Below are positions 40,876 to 54,239 of a DNA stretch of 64,000 nucleotides, piece after piece (the first letter of the stretch is position 1; each line of letters begins with the position of its first letter). The notes under the pieces are model-generated. The model was not told where the DNA came from. It saw only the letters and a program-made list of their open reading frames with translations, and ran no database searches. Made by a program: the position numbers and the translations under genes. Location of the stretch: the NCBI RefSeq assembly GCF_001194135.2, contig NC_068988.1, positions 27,871,430 to 27,935,429 of the forward strand, in the 5' to 3' direction. Source of the DNA: Octopus bimaculoides (taxonomy: Eukaryota).

Positions 40876-40917
40876 TTTATTGTTTATTATTATTATAATT
40901 ATAATTATTATTATTAT

Positions 40918-41292
40918 TCAGTAGTTTTATTTTTATAGCATGCTTTCACTTCACTGCCGAGCACAGCTCTGTGTGCCTTGGGTATGTGCTGTGGTTTGTT
41001 GTGATGCTCTTATGGTTACTGTATTGAAAGTGTTTTGCGTAGGATGTGTGCAGTGCCCAGTAGTGCAATTTTCTGTATGTTATATATATTTGTAAGTCCT
41101 GGTGTTTTTGTTATGTATTTGTCTGAATATTTTTTTATTATACCTAAGGCACCTACTATGATAGGAATTGTTTCTGTTTTTAGATTCCACATTCGAGTTA
41201 CCTCTATTTCCAGGTCTTTGTATTTTGAAAGTTTCTCCATTTCTTTTAGAGAAACGTTGTCATCTGCTGGTATTGATACATCGATTAGAAAA
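40918..41292 (-). mobile_element. 3' fragment of an R4/Dong-like non-LTR retrotransposon (REL endonuclease C-terminus)
   Basis: The open frame IDVSIPADDNVSLKEMEKLSKYKDLEIEVTRMWNLKTETIPIIVGALG...ALLGTAHILRK carries the REL D...K..KY..L motif. (TAA)n tail and flanks. Confidence 0.85.
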
Positions 41293-41349
41293 TTATTATT
41301 ATTATTATTATTATTATTAGTAGTAGTAGTAGTAGTAGTAGTAGTAAAG

Positions 41350-41735
41350 TTAGACAGAAGGTGAGTTGTAGGTTGAAGGAGATGATATTCTCTTTGATCG
41401 TTTGTAGAATCACTGTTTGCAGCAAATGCATGGGCAGAGATGGAATTCCAGAGGCTTAGAATCCCAAAAGAATTTGAGAGCTGGTTAGTATTTCTCTGGA
41501 AGGTGAAACAGTGAGTCTAAATGGAGAGAGAGAGGGAGAGCAGGAGTGTAAATGGTGTAAATCTAGCTTGCTCTTTAGAGCTGTGAGGGTATTGAAGAGG
41601 CAGATGAAGGGAACAGAGTATCTGAAAGCAAAGGGTTGCAGACTGTTGATGAGTGAATTGATACTAATCTATTGAATAGCCTTCTTTTGAATGTAGTTTC
41701 AGTTGTTTGTGTGTACAGCAGATGCACCTGCCTGT
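41350..41735 (-). mobile_element. Decayed 3' fragment of a CR1/L2/Jockey-group LINE
   Basis: GASAVH...IQKKAIQ*ISINSLINSLQPFAFR remnant, a typical RT C-terminal tail. Confidence 0.6.
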
Positions 41736-42079
41736 AGATATAAACAATTCTTTTATACTGAATATACAATCTCTTTTAAGGCCACAGAAGACAACTGCAT
41801 CGTTCTACAAAATTCCATCTCTTATTCAATGGATTTTTTTTTTTTTAGCATAAATTTGGCTTTTAATTGCTACATTTCTCAAAGATGTAGGTTATATTTT
41901 AGTCCGTTATTTAATACAACTTGTTTTTGTTGGACCACGCATAGCGTGGGCTGAGTGCTTTCTACATGGCGCCAGCACAGGCGAGGTCAGTTTTGGCATG
42001 GTTTTTATAGCTGGATGCCCTTCCAAATGCAAGCCACTTGGACTGGATGTAACTAATTCTTCAGTACGAGTACAAATTA

Positions 42080-42152
<73 letters not shown>

Positions 42153-42287
42153 AATACATTGTACTATATTTCACTCCCACCACCACCCTTTGGAGTGAAA
42201 ATAAAATCACTAAAGTTATCCAAAATACTTCCAGATAAATAAATTACCTCCCCTTGAATGTAAACTCTGTTGTGTGGGTTGATGAGA

Positions 42288-42320
<33 letters not shown>

Positions 42321-43344
42321 TACAAACTACTACCTAACTCTAAATAGATATTTTCATCATTCTACAAATGTTGCTGGAAGTTTATGATCCTAACCCCCGA
42401 GTATCACCTAGATTAGTTTTATATTTTTCATGACAGATTCCTCACTGCTTTGCTGCTTCTTATCTTTACAATAATGACTGGTGGTAGGTTTTGTGAAACT
42501 TTCTTCTTGTTTATTTTCAATTTATTGCACAAGTATTCTTTTTCTCTTTCTTTTTTGTTCTGATTATTACCTTACATGCATGACTTATGAATATTGCCGC
42601 AAGAATAGGGGCTTGTAGTGATTTGATTTATTACGACCTTCTTTTCCATAACTACCTTTTGAAATATATTCCAACTTGCTATACACTCACCTTAGCATCT
42701 CCTGCTTACATAAACCACCATACTTACATCATAAACATTTTTACATTCTCTCTTGGGTGTAATGCAGAATAGTGTTTCTTTCCTAAACATAGAACATCTG
42801 CAGACTGCACCTAACAGATGGCAGCTAATGTATGTTACATCAAGATAATTTGAAGGACAGAGAGAACAAAACAAACTAAATAAATATAACTCACTCAGTA
42901 TATTTATTACTCAAGATTTATAAAATTTTTTCAGTAATTCCATTAAACTTTAAATTAAAGTTGGGTTTGATTCACAAGTTCACATTTTGCACAAAATTTT
43001 AACTGAATCGTTCTTTATTTTGTGAATTATTATCTTATGACAACTTCATTTTCAGTTGTAATTTGTGTGTGCGTTGTGTGTGTGTGAATGTATATCAGTA
43101 GGAGTACCACCTCCAACAAACAGATCAGGAATTCGGGGGCACAAAAAAAAAAAAATCACAAACTGCACAAATCCAGGGCCAACTCCTCACCTTCAGTCCC
43201 AGCAGACCATTAGTGCTTGACCGCCTGACCTGTGGCAGAGCCTTCCAAGCACACATCGGACTGACTGTCCACAGCTGGAGACACTGTGCCCTGTCTTCTT
43301 TTCCCCATGTGATGTCCTTAGTCATTGTGGACAATGATGGACAA

Positions 43345-43815
<471 letters not shown>

Positions 43816-44714
43816 AAATATATATTTATTTATTCAAAGGATGTGTTGTTTGTGTGTTTTCATGCATACTTTATCTCTTCCCAAGTGCAATTAGGAGTCA
43901 GGTAAGATAGTCTGCAGAATATCTTTCGTTTGTTAACTCAATACTTTATGTAAATTTAAAGGAAGTACGTGCTAATGCCATCCATGTAGTTATACGTCTG
44001 CCACCTTCCAATATAGATTTTGAGTAGAATATACGTTATAAGAATTTATTATGAAGGGTTAATTTTTAAAAAAATTCATATCTTATGGGTCCAGGCGTGG
44101 CCATGTGATTAAGAAGCTCTTTTTGCAACCATGTGGTGTAGGGCTCAATCCCACTCCATGATACACAGGGAGATGGCTCTAGAGGAAGAAATATGAATAA
44201 CTCAGGTATTTGTAGGACAAGACCTCTTTTACTTGTTTCATCCATTGAACTCTAACCATACTGGGGCATCACCTTGAAGGGTTTTAGTTGGACAAATTAT
44301 CCCCAGTACTATGTTGTTTTTTTTTAAAGTTTGGTACTTATTCCATCATTACAGTGATATAAACAAACCAACAAGGGTTGTCTAAGGATGATGAACGAAA
44401 AACCCATGTTTCCAGAGGTAAATTATTTAAACCCCAAAGGATTCCTCTCAATACATGGCTATGATGCTTCCCCACTACTACTTATGATCAGTAAGAGACA
44501 TGCTCAACTGGTTAAGATCAAGCAACTAGCAAACAGATCTGTGGTATTGAGCAGAATATTTGCTGTAGCCCATCTTTATACCAAATCAAAACAATGTACA
44601 TGATAACACTTCCAATCAGTTAAGATGAGAAACCTTGAAACCACTTCCTGGTACTGCATTAGGGCATTTATTATTATTATTATTATTATTATTGTTGTTC
44701 ATCTTATTTTACAG

Positions 44715-44918
44715 ACGTGTGTAACCGGGCAGATTTACCTGAAGTTGAGATCTTAAGTCTTCTTGAAGAACAAATTCCTAAATACAAACTTCGGGCTGAT
44801 ACTATAACAGATTTCCGTGGGTATGACAACGAAGACTGGATTCAAACCCCTTTAATTCCTTTGGATGACGATCTTGAATTAACTACTGAACAAATCGAAG
44901 AAACTTTGAAATACTTCA
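44715..44918 (+). CDS. milt: Milton/TRAK (trafficking kinesin-binding protein) internal coding exon, start of the conserved HAP1_N region
   Basis: Acceptor ttattttacag ends at 44714 and donor GTAAGT starts at 44919; 204 nt, phase 1-1. It encodes (D)VCNRADLPEVEILSLLEEQIPKYKLRADTITDFRGYDNEDWIQTPLIPLDDDLELTTEQIEETLKYF, which I recognise as closely matching vertebrate TRAK1 DVCNSTDLPEVEIISLLEEQLPHYKLRADT...LTTEQIEETLKYF. Confidence 0.97.
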
Positions 44919-45823
44919 GTAAGTGTACTATTTTTTTATTGTATCATCATCATCTTTTCTTCATGGTATAACCAGACAAGGAAGAGCAGTGCCTATGCAT
45001 GACATTTGGCAGAAAACCTTATGAAGGAATCCTCAGCTCTTAAAGGATAGCCCATCTTTGAGTCACATCAGGATTATGGTCAAAGACATTCACCCAACTA
45101 GAATCAAACCCGAAACAATGTGATCCTTTTCCCTTTCATATAAATGATGTTAGAAAGGAATCTGGCTGCAAGCTGCTATTTCTAATACTTAAGCAACAAT
45201 ATAAGGGCTTCCTTTGTGGTTAATCTGTTGTGGAGATGTTCATATCACATGTGTATACAATTGAAACTGCTTATGGTGTATTTGACTTCTACTCTTGGAA
45301 TCAGGATTTGTGTTTCAGTTTTCTAAGTAATGTCTTTTGTAGCTCTCCTTCTTTAGTCTGCTTTTCTGTATGTATGTGTATGTCATCATCATCACTCCGT
45401 TTTCCATGCTGGCATGGGTTGGACGGTCTCATACAATCAGACAAGCCAGAAGGTCCCACCAGGTTCTATGTCTGCTTTGGCATGGTTTCTGCAGCTGGAT
45501 GCCTTGCCTAATGCCAACTGCTTAACAAAGTGTATTGGGTGCTTTTTTATGTGGCACCAGCACCAGAGAGGTCACCAAGTATCCACAAGATATATCTTGG
45601 CACAGGAGTGGTTGTGTAGCAAGAAGCTTGCTTCCCAACCACATGGTTCTGGGTTCAGTCCCACTGTGTGGCACCTTGGGCAAGTATTTTCTCCTTTTGC
45701 CTCAGGCTGACCAAAGCCTTGTGAGTGGATCTGATAGACTGAAACTGAAAGAAGCCCATTGTGTGTGTGTGTGTGTGTGTTTGTGCATGTTTGTCCCACC
45801 ACCACACCTCAATCCCTGGATCT

Positions 45824-45882
<59 letters not shown>

Positions 45883-46904
45883 AGCGAGAGAAGAGAGATA
45901 GCTTAAATGATGGTAGTCCAGTAGCTGGTAGCTAAATACTTCTCACATTTGTCCTCATGTGAGAGGATTTTCACATCTGCACTATGAACCATATTTAGTT
46001 TGAAGTTAGTCAGCCACTTGAAGCTGTTCTCTCCCTTTTCCTTTCTCTGGTCTGTTGTTCAGTTGGGATAAAGGAATAAGAAAAGTTCAGTATTTTACAA
46101 AAGTCACATACAACACAGTCTCTATGATTAAATACATGCCCTGATACTATGCTAGCTTCTTAATCATGGTCTATTAATTAGCTAACCAGAGTGGAAAAAA
46201 ATCATCTAAGTACACAATTTGTTTTTCACTCTGTTGCAAGTTATAATGACATGAGGTTTGTACATCAATACTACATTTCTCTTATTTGGTTGATCTCTCT
46301 ACTAATTCAGCTCAAGCCAATAAAACCTACATCTGACTACCTAATCTGATGGCAGCTGTTACTTTAAACACACTGACCTTGTCTATCAAAAGACTTGTTT
46401 ATTATTTTGATCATTAATGCTAACCTATATTAGCTTGTGTACATATAGAAGTAGTATAAATTTGACTGTTCCTCCCTACTTCTGCACCAAACTGGCATTT
46501 TAATATTGCTTCCTTTTAGGTTTGTATCGTATATTTGTTCAATTTTTTTTTACTGCATAAATTCTAACTCATAATTTTTCTTTTGACTTAATTCATTTCA
46601 TAAAAATCGACAAAATAATATTCATTTATCAAACAATGTTTTGTTATGAACCTTAATTATAATCTGTTATTTATTTTTATTCTCTTCTGTACTTCATAAA
46701 AATACATCTTCTAACATTTACATCAACAGAATATCATGATTTGCTGAAATTCTGTTGCTATGTTTTTCTTTTTATCTTACGGTGTACACCCATTTTCTAA
46801 ATACCATTACTGCCTTAGTTTCATCTCTGAAGGTTTCATGCTCAGGATATAAATCCTTTTTGCTTATGTTCCACAAAAGGGACTCTGCCAATAATAAAAG
46901 TCAT

Positions 46905-46949
<45 letters not shown>

Positions 46950-47140
46950 NNNNNNNNNNNNNNNNNNNNNNNNNNNNNNNNNNNNNNNNNNNNNNNNNNN
47001 NNNNNNNNNNNNNNNNNNNNNNNNNNNNNNNNNNNNNNNNNNNNNNNNNNNNNNNNNNNNNNNNNNNNNNNNNNNNNNNNNNNNNNNNNNNNNNNNNNNN
47101 NNNNNNNNNNNNNNNNNNNNNNNNNNNNNNNNNNNNNNCA

Positions 47141-47171
<31 letters not shown>

Positions 47172-50100
47172 GCGCGCGCGGGGGGGGGTAGCTTATGTAC
47201 TATAACTCTCAGCATATTCCTCTTGTGTTTGTTTTTAGTGTCATGATTTTTGAGTACAGGTCACAGCCAAATGTTAAAAGATTATCTTACTTCCGAGAAT
47301 AGCAGAAGGGTGGGGTGTGGGGCATGCAAGTCTATTTATCAAAGATAATCTGATAATGTTTGGAGGTTAATCTCTGATTGGGATTCTTGTATTCACTCTT
47401 AAGCTGCTGTCCTGCTTTGCAAATTGTTCATTTTGTAGTATGTTTGGATGTGTGACAAGTTGGTAGCAACTGAGCAAAGAATTTAAAGAAATGAAATTAA
47501 AACAATATTAATTTATATATTCATCAATTCATTTTGCAAGATTCCTGGTGTGAAATTGTGTGTTGAAACAGGAATTTATATATTACTCAGTAATTAGTTA
47601 TGTCGCTTAGTAGTTAGTTGATAATTTACTTCAAAAGCTAAGCATAGAAAGAAAAATGATTCTTGTTATATTACATCATGTCATAGAAACAAAAACATTT
47701 TAATGAAGAGTTGCCGTGGAAACAAAACTGTTACGTGTTTTTGTTGTTTCAAGATGAAGATAAAATATTATTGCTTTCAAAACTGGGGAAATAGGGAAGA
47801 AATCAATTTCTAAGGTAAACTTTTACTAATCATTTTTTGCTGATTTTTACCTGATTTCCTTTTTCTGTTCGCTTCTTAATATTGTCTTCACTCTGCATAA
47901 TGGCATGTTTTTCAATCCATGTCCCGTTCATGTTTTGGAATAACAATAATAGAGCTTGTTCAAATTTAGATGTTATTTCTCAATCTATGTATTGATTTGA
48001 TATTGATCTCTAATAGCTTTGTCCAGTGGCTGCATTCAAAGTTATGATATTGCTATTAGCAACAATCAATTGTTCACCTGGTGATCTAGTTGTGACCCAG
48101 TCTCTCTCATCTTTATTATGGACATACAGTTCTGTATTTTAATTTTTAAAACTTTTATGGTTCTATAATAACAATAGCAACACCTTACTGAATCTTTTTA
48201 AAAACATTATTACATACAACATGGTCAGAACTCAAAACAGCTTGAACCATTCTCCTGTTGTCCAGTATCACATCAAAGTTTGTTTTCGTCTCTGATATTT
48301 TCATCAGTCCCACTTTTAATTTTGTCACAGTTGAAAGAATGAATCCACTTTTTTAATTTCATGAATGATGGATTTGTTATAAGTTCAGGATTTGGTGTTG
48401 CTTTTTATTGGTATATATTGAAGAATTTCTGAAAGAGGATGGCCTTCTCTGGGAGTCAGAAAATCATTAGTTGGATTTAACCATAAATGTTTCTTTGTAT
48501 CTACGTCACCCATCTCTATGGTTTCTTCACCAATTACCTTTCATATCAATATTATGAAGTTTCAGCCAACAGCTAGTATTGAACCATTATACTCCATACT
48601 CCTGCCTTGTTCCTGATGTTCTGCTAAACCTTATATTTTCACTTATTTACAACAAATCATATTATGAATAGACAATATGGATTTACCATTATATGTACGA
48701 AAATATGCAGGTCTTTATTTTTTTAAATTTTCTTTCCAATCTTAAATATTGACAAATCAGTTGTCTTTCTTTGCCTAAATTTGTTTCTTTTTTTTTTCTT
48801 GATGAATCCTTTTAATCCCTAAAGATGTTTTTTTTAATGAAAATACAGTTTGTTTTATTTTTCCATCTAACAAATCTGTACTATCACATATTAAATTAAT
48901 TATGATTGTATGGTTGAGAAATTTGCTTCCCAACTACATGGTTTCAGGTTCAGTCCCACTGTGCAATACCTTGAGGAAGTGTTTTCTACTATAGCCCTGG
49001 GCCATCTAAAGCCTCATGAATGGATCTGGTAGACAGAAAATGAAAAAAGGCCTGTTGCGTGCACACACGTCTCTCTCCTCGTCTTGACATTGTGTGATTG
49101 TTGTGAATGAATGTTCTTCATTTTCAATCTTCCATAAAAACATGTCTGGCCATGGGGAAATATTACTTTGCTTGGAAATGGGTAAAGGTTTGCAATATGA
49201 AGGGCATCTAGCTGTTGAAAATCTACCCCAATAAATTCCATCTGATTCATGCAAGCCTGGAGAAATGGATGTTAAAATGAGGTGATGAGGGTGATTATCT
49301 GTGTATCTTTTTTTACCATGCCTTTTCATTCAGTTTTGCTATCCTCCCTCAGTGTTATTTGGTCATATTTCATTCCAGTTTTCTCCTTTTCGTCATCAGA
49401 ATCTCTTCCTCAACTGAAGTTTTTAATGCAATCAATGTGTATGTAATATCTGTGTATGTACAAGCACACAAAAACATGCATGTATATACCAACATACAAA
49501 CGTATACATACATACAAATGTACACATACATACATTTACTCTATTACTAACTTATCCTCAATAAACATTCCTTCCATTAATTTCCTGCCTTCTTAAAGGT
49601 ATTTAATTTCTTTATTTCTTTATTTATTTTTACCATAACTGAAAGTTGTGGCTGGTTTATAAAGGTTGCTCTTCTACTGAAATGATCATCCAGTTAGCTA
49701 TTCAGTTACAGTTCAGTGCTGAAAATAATAATTATGAAAGAGTTGTACTGAGTATAACTTGAAAAGTTTATCATTGCTAAATTCAGTCATTTTCTCTGTA
49801 GCCTTTGCTGGCTTATTCACATTGGTGTGACCATGTCTTGCCTACTTCAATTAACTAAAACAACAGTCTATTTTAGCTTTTGGTGGGAGATAGAGAGAAA
49901 GACTGGGAATATCCCTTGGTCCAGACGATCATTTATTAACTAATCTCCCCTTTCATGTCTTATTGTCTACATAAGTTTTTTGGTATCCGTCCCATTCCAT
50001 CTCATACTACTAATGATTCTATGAGAGAGAAAACCCTTTGACTGAACGTGTCCACATTTACATTAAACTTTTCATCATAGTATTATGAATCATCACAACA

Positions 50101-51819
50101 GATGTTCTTATAACTAAACTAAGGGGAATAAGTTTCTTTGGTTTAGTAACTGTCACTGACAATTCCTGACAGAAATGTCATTCTTAATCAAAAATTAATC
50201 ATGTTACTAAATCACTTCAAATTCTTTTATTTAAATTTTTTTTTTTTTGTCATTTGGTCCAGAAGGACCAAATGCTTAAGGCATTTCACAGCTTTTCCAA
50301 ACTCCAAAACTTGGAAACTCATACAATCTATTTTATTAGATATAAGTTTACAAAACGGTAAAAGTGCCAGTTTGGGTGGGTTTTAGTTCTGATGGCTAAA
50401 ATGAATTGCAGATCTGTTTTGGTAATTTTTATTCAAGTATTTTCGTGTTATTTATTGTGCAAAATGCATTTAAAAATACAATTTTAGGAAAAAATCTAGT
50501 TCTAATGTTTTTTTTTGTTTTTTTTTTTTTTTAAAGAAATTAAGTTATAAATTTTTTTTAAGTAATATAATGATATACTCTGAAGATTTTCTTCCCATTG
50601 AAAACGTCAGTTCTTGTCTGATCACCAAAGTCAGGTAATGTCAAACCGAGTTAGTATTTAGATGAAGTGACTGCTTGGGATACCTAGGTGCTGTAAACAA
50701 AACCATTAGTTTCATAGGTGCAAGCATGGCTGTGTGGTTAAGAAGCTGACTTTGCAAATTTGTGGTTTTGGGTTCAGTCCCACTGCACAGCACCTTGGGC
50801 AAATGACTTCTAATATGGCCTCTGGCCAACTAGTGCCGTGTGAATGAATTTGGCAGATGGAAACTGTGGAAGACCTGAATGGTACTGCCCAGGTGTCGAA
50901 ACCATAATGATATTCGTGGGGGTGGCTAATGATGCAGGTATGTTGGATTGTTGGTATGGCTGTTTTTGTATATGTGGAGTAGTATTATAACACATCCTTT
51001 TGATATATATATATATATATATATGTAGGTGTGTGTGTGTGTGTCCCACCCCCACTACTTGACAATCAGTATCAGTTTATTTGTGGCACTATAACTTAGT
51101 AATTCAGCAAAAGAGACTTATAGAATAAGTACCAGACTGAAGATAGGTACTGTGTAGATTTGTTTGACTAAAATCGTTCATGGCGTCGCTCCAGCATGGC
51201 TGCAGTCCAATTACTAAGACAAATAAAAAATAAAAATTTGACTTTAATACTTTTAAAGAAATTAAGTTATAAAAAAATTGTTAAAGCAATACCAGAACAT
51301 TCTTCTCAAAAACCTTTCAATTTCAAAATGTCGTATTTGATAAAATCTTTATGAATATGTCTGGGAGATGTTTAGAATAAGCAAACTATTGAAAACTTTC
51401 TTTCCATTTTCAAATTTTTTTCATAAATTAATGATTATTTTTTATATTTGTTTTGTATAAGTCATTCCATTTTCTTTCTTTTATTGCACTGTTAAACTAT
51501 ATGTTTTGTAACCTAGCAATGGGTTACATTCTTCTTCTTTTGTAGTTTCACATCACAAAAACTTGTATAAACTGCTGAATTAGCACTATTGTTTAAAAGG
51601 TCTATTTTTACATTCTTTGCTTTGATTTCTATTTTGTTGGTTCACAATACCAATTCTCTCTGATTCTAAAATATTTTGTTTGAAATTGGAAGTTGAATTT
51701 GGAATCATTCCTATGGTTTTTCCTTTTGTCCATTCTGTTTCCAGTACTCACATAGTTGCACATTTAAAGAATTACAACCTCATGTACTTTCTGGAAATAT
51801 ATACTGAATTTTCAGAGGT

Positions 51820-52200
51820 GCCGGCATGACTGTGTGGTAAGAAGCTTACTTCCCAACCACATGATTCTGGGTTCAGTCCCACTGCATGGTATCTAGGGCA
51901 AGTGTCTCCTACTATAACCCCAGGCTGACCAAAACCTTACAAGTAGATTTGGTGAATAGAAACTGAAAGAAGCTTAGTGTGTGTGTGTGTTTATGCCCCC
52001 CCCCCCCGTGCTTGACAACTGGTGTTGATGTGTTTACATCTCCATTAATTAGAGATTTGGCAAAAGACTTTGATAAAAGAAGTACTAGGCTTTAAAAAAA
52101 AATGTTCCGAGGTTGATTCATTTGACTACAAAATCCTTCAAGGCGTTGCCCCAGCATGGCCACAGTCTAATGAGTGAAACAAGTAAAAGAAAAGATGAAA
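51820..52200 (+). mobile_element. Family-A SINE, full length
   Basis: Head, CORE-like TTGGGCAAGTGTCT-type segment, (TG)n and tail are all present. Confidence 0.88.
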
Positions 52201-52304
52201 TTATAAATAATACAATGTAAATATTGGCTTTAAAAAGCCCCTGCGGACAGGAAAAGTTGAAGGCTGCATGTGAGGCATGAACTTATATCTTCTGTGAATA
52301 TCTT

Positions 52305-52690
52305 TTATCTTTTACTTCTTCCAGTTGTTAGACTGTGGCCATGCTGGGGCACCGCCCTGAAGAATTTTAGTCAAACGAATTCCTTCCCTCCAGTACTTAA
52401 TTTCTTAAGCTTATTTATTCTTTCAGTCTCTTGAGCTGAACTACTAAGTCAGTGGGACATAAACATACTAACACCGGTTGTTAAGCAGGGGTGAGGACAA
52501 ACAAACCAACACACACACATGCATGCACGTGCATATACTTGACAGGCTTCTTTTAGTTTCTGTCTGCTAAATCCACTTACAAGGCTGTGGTAGAAGACAC
52601 TTGCCTAAGGTACTTCGCAGTGGGACTGAACCTGGAACCATGTGGCTGGGAAGCAGACTTCTTACCACATAGTCATCATACCTGCACCTA
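52305..52690 (-). mobile_element. Family-A SINE, full length, inverted relative to 51820-52200
   Basis: Reverse complement of the same modules. Confidence 0.88.
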
Positions 52691-54036
52691 ACATGACAAC
52701 TTTCTTGAAAAAAAAAAAAAAAATTAATAATTTTTTTTTTTTAATGAAGGTAACATTTTACTTTATTTCATTATTTATCTATTTATTTATTTTCTGTTTG
52801 TTTTATTTTCTACATAATGATGGTTTGAGTGGGTGTCAGTCAGTTGATCCAGTTTGAAGAAATATCTGAAATATTCTTTCTTACTTTCTTCGTTTACTTT
52901 GAATTGGTCTGAGTGACATGAAAGCCTGTCGTTAACCCTGGAGTGATTCAACAGTCCTGCATTTTTATTTATTTTTATTTCTGTTTCTTTTTGCCTTACT
53001 AACAAGAAATTAGCAACCAGCCATGGACACACTAATTCTTCTTCTTTTCTTTCTTTCTCTCTTTTGCTCTAAGCAATATCACCTCTCTCTCTTTGTTTCT
53101 CCTCTTACCAACACTTCCAGACAATCTACTGCCTTCACTACTTCTCTTACAATCATTATCTTCCCCACAATTATTACTGCTACTAAAGAACTACTATAGA
53201 CTCAATCACCACTTACTTGTCTTTTATTAACATCTCTCTTTGTATTGCTTTGTTTTTTTTTTTTTCAATTGCTCTTATCATTACGCACCTGTCATTTTTC
53301 TCCCTTTACCTGTTGAAGAAGCACTAACTTAGCATGGTGCCATATCTCCACGAGCAAACTAATGTAGCCAAGCTAATTTGTTAGTAAGTGCTAGTCAAAG
53401 CATGAATTCTAGTTGAATTCTTCTACAAGCTGGCTGACTTTCAATCCTAACCGTCTTCTGAACCATGTGAGTGTTTCTTTAAATTCACTGGGTTTTTTTT
53501 TTTTTCCACCTGGATTAAAAGGAAAAGTTATGCAAGACATAGCTTTTAGTGGCTGTGTAGTATTTCCTAATTCAAGATAGCGTCACTCATAATGGATAAC
53601 TATTATTTCGACATGTGGTTTGTTTCCAGCACTGCACTGCCTACCAGAAAAGAAGGTTTACTCTGGGTTATTTCGTTTCAACTACACACGGTAGTTTTCT
53701 TAATCAGCTTTGGACTACCTCTCAGGTATACAGCAATTGTACCTTTAGGTGTATATTGATACATTCTGTTGTTATTATTTCTTGATGGAAAGTTATTCAG
53801 CCAAATCAGATGTATGATGAGCACATGGGAAATAACTGTGATTCACTTTCAGATGAATGTAAATCATCTTTGGCTCAGAAGATGGCTATGTACATGCAAA
53901 AGAATATTTATATGGAAATGTTAAGAGCGTTACATATTACAATGGAGGCTAGTTGTAATAATAATAATAATATGCATATTGATTCTTTACTTTTGGGAAA
54001 GAATTTGATTTCGTAACAAAAACACTTATATGTATG

Positions 54037-54040
<4 letters not shown>

Positions 54041-54118
<78 letters not shown>
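54041..54118. repeat. (TA)n microsatellite
   Basis: Direct reading. Others at 24740-24760, 24921-24953, 45826-45880 and 46910-46949. Confidence 0.97.
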
Positions 54119-54121
<3 letters not shown>

Positions 54122-54196
54122 TCAAATATACACATACATACATTCTTCAAAAGATTTCGTTTCATTGGATACAAACACCATGTTGTAAAAGTGGTG

Positions 54197-54239
54197 ATGG
54201 ATGGTTTATACAATATAAATTCATTGGATGATCTTGCAG
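54197..54239 (+). CDS. Candidate short alternative first coding exon of Milton/TRAK ([14 protein letters not shown])
   Basis: ATG at 54197, then 14 codons plus 1 nt, then CAG|GTAATA (phase 1). Short enough to occur by chance. Confidence 0.28.

Noticed and set aside
42809-42826. CTCF-like motif CTAACAGATGGCAGC
   Set aside because: A single partial motif match is uninformative.
48290-48320. Minus-strand CTGATGA...GAAA as another hammerhead
   Set aside because: No stem II or stem I pairing.
53810-54016. 68-aa Met-rich ORF (MYDEHMGNNC...)
   Set aside because: It runs into an (AAT)n repeat, has no suitable donor and no recognisable homology.
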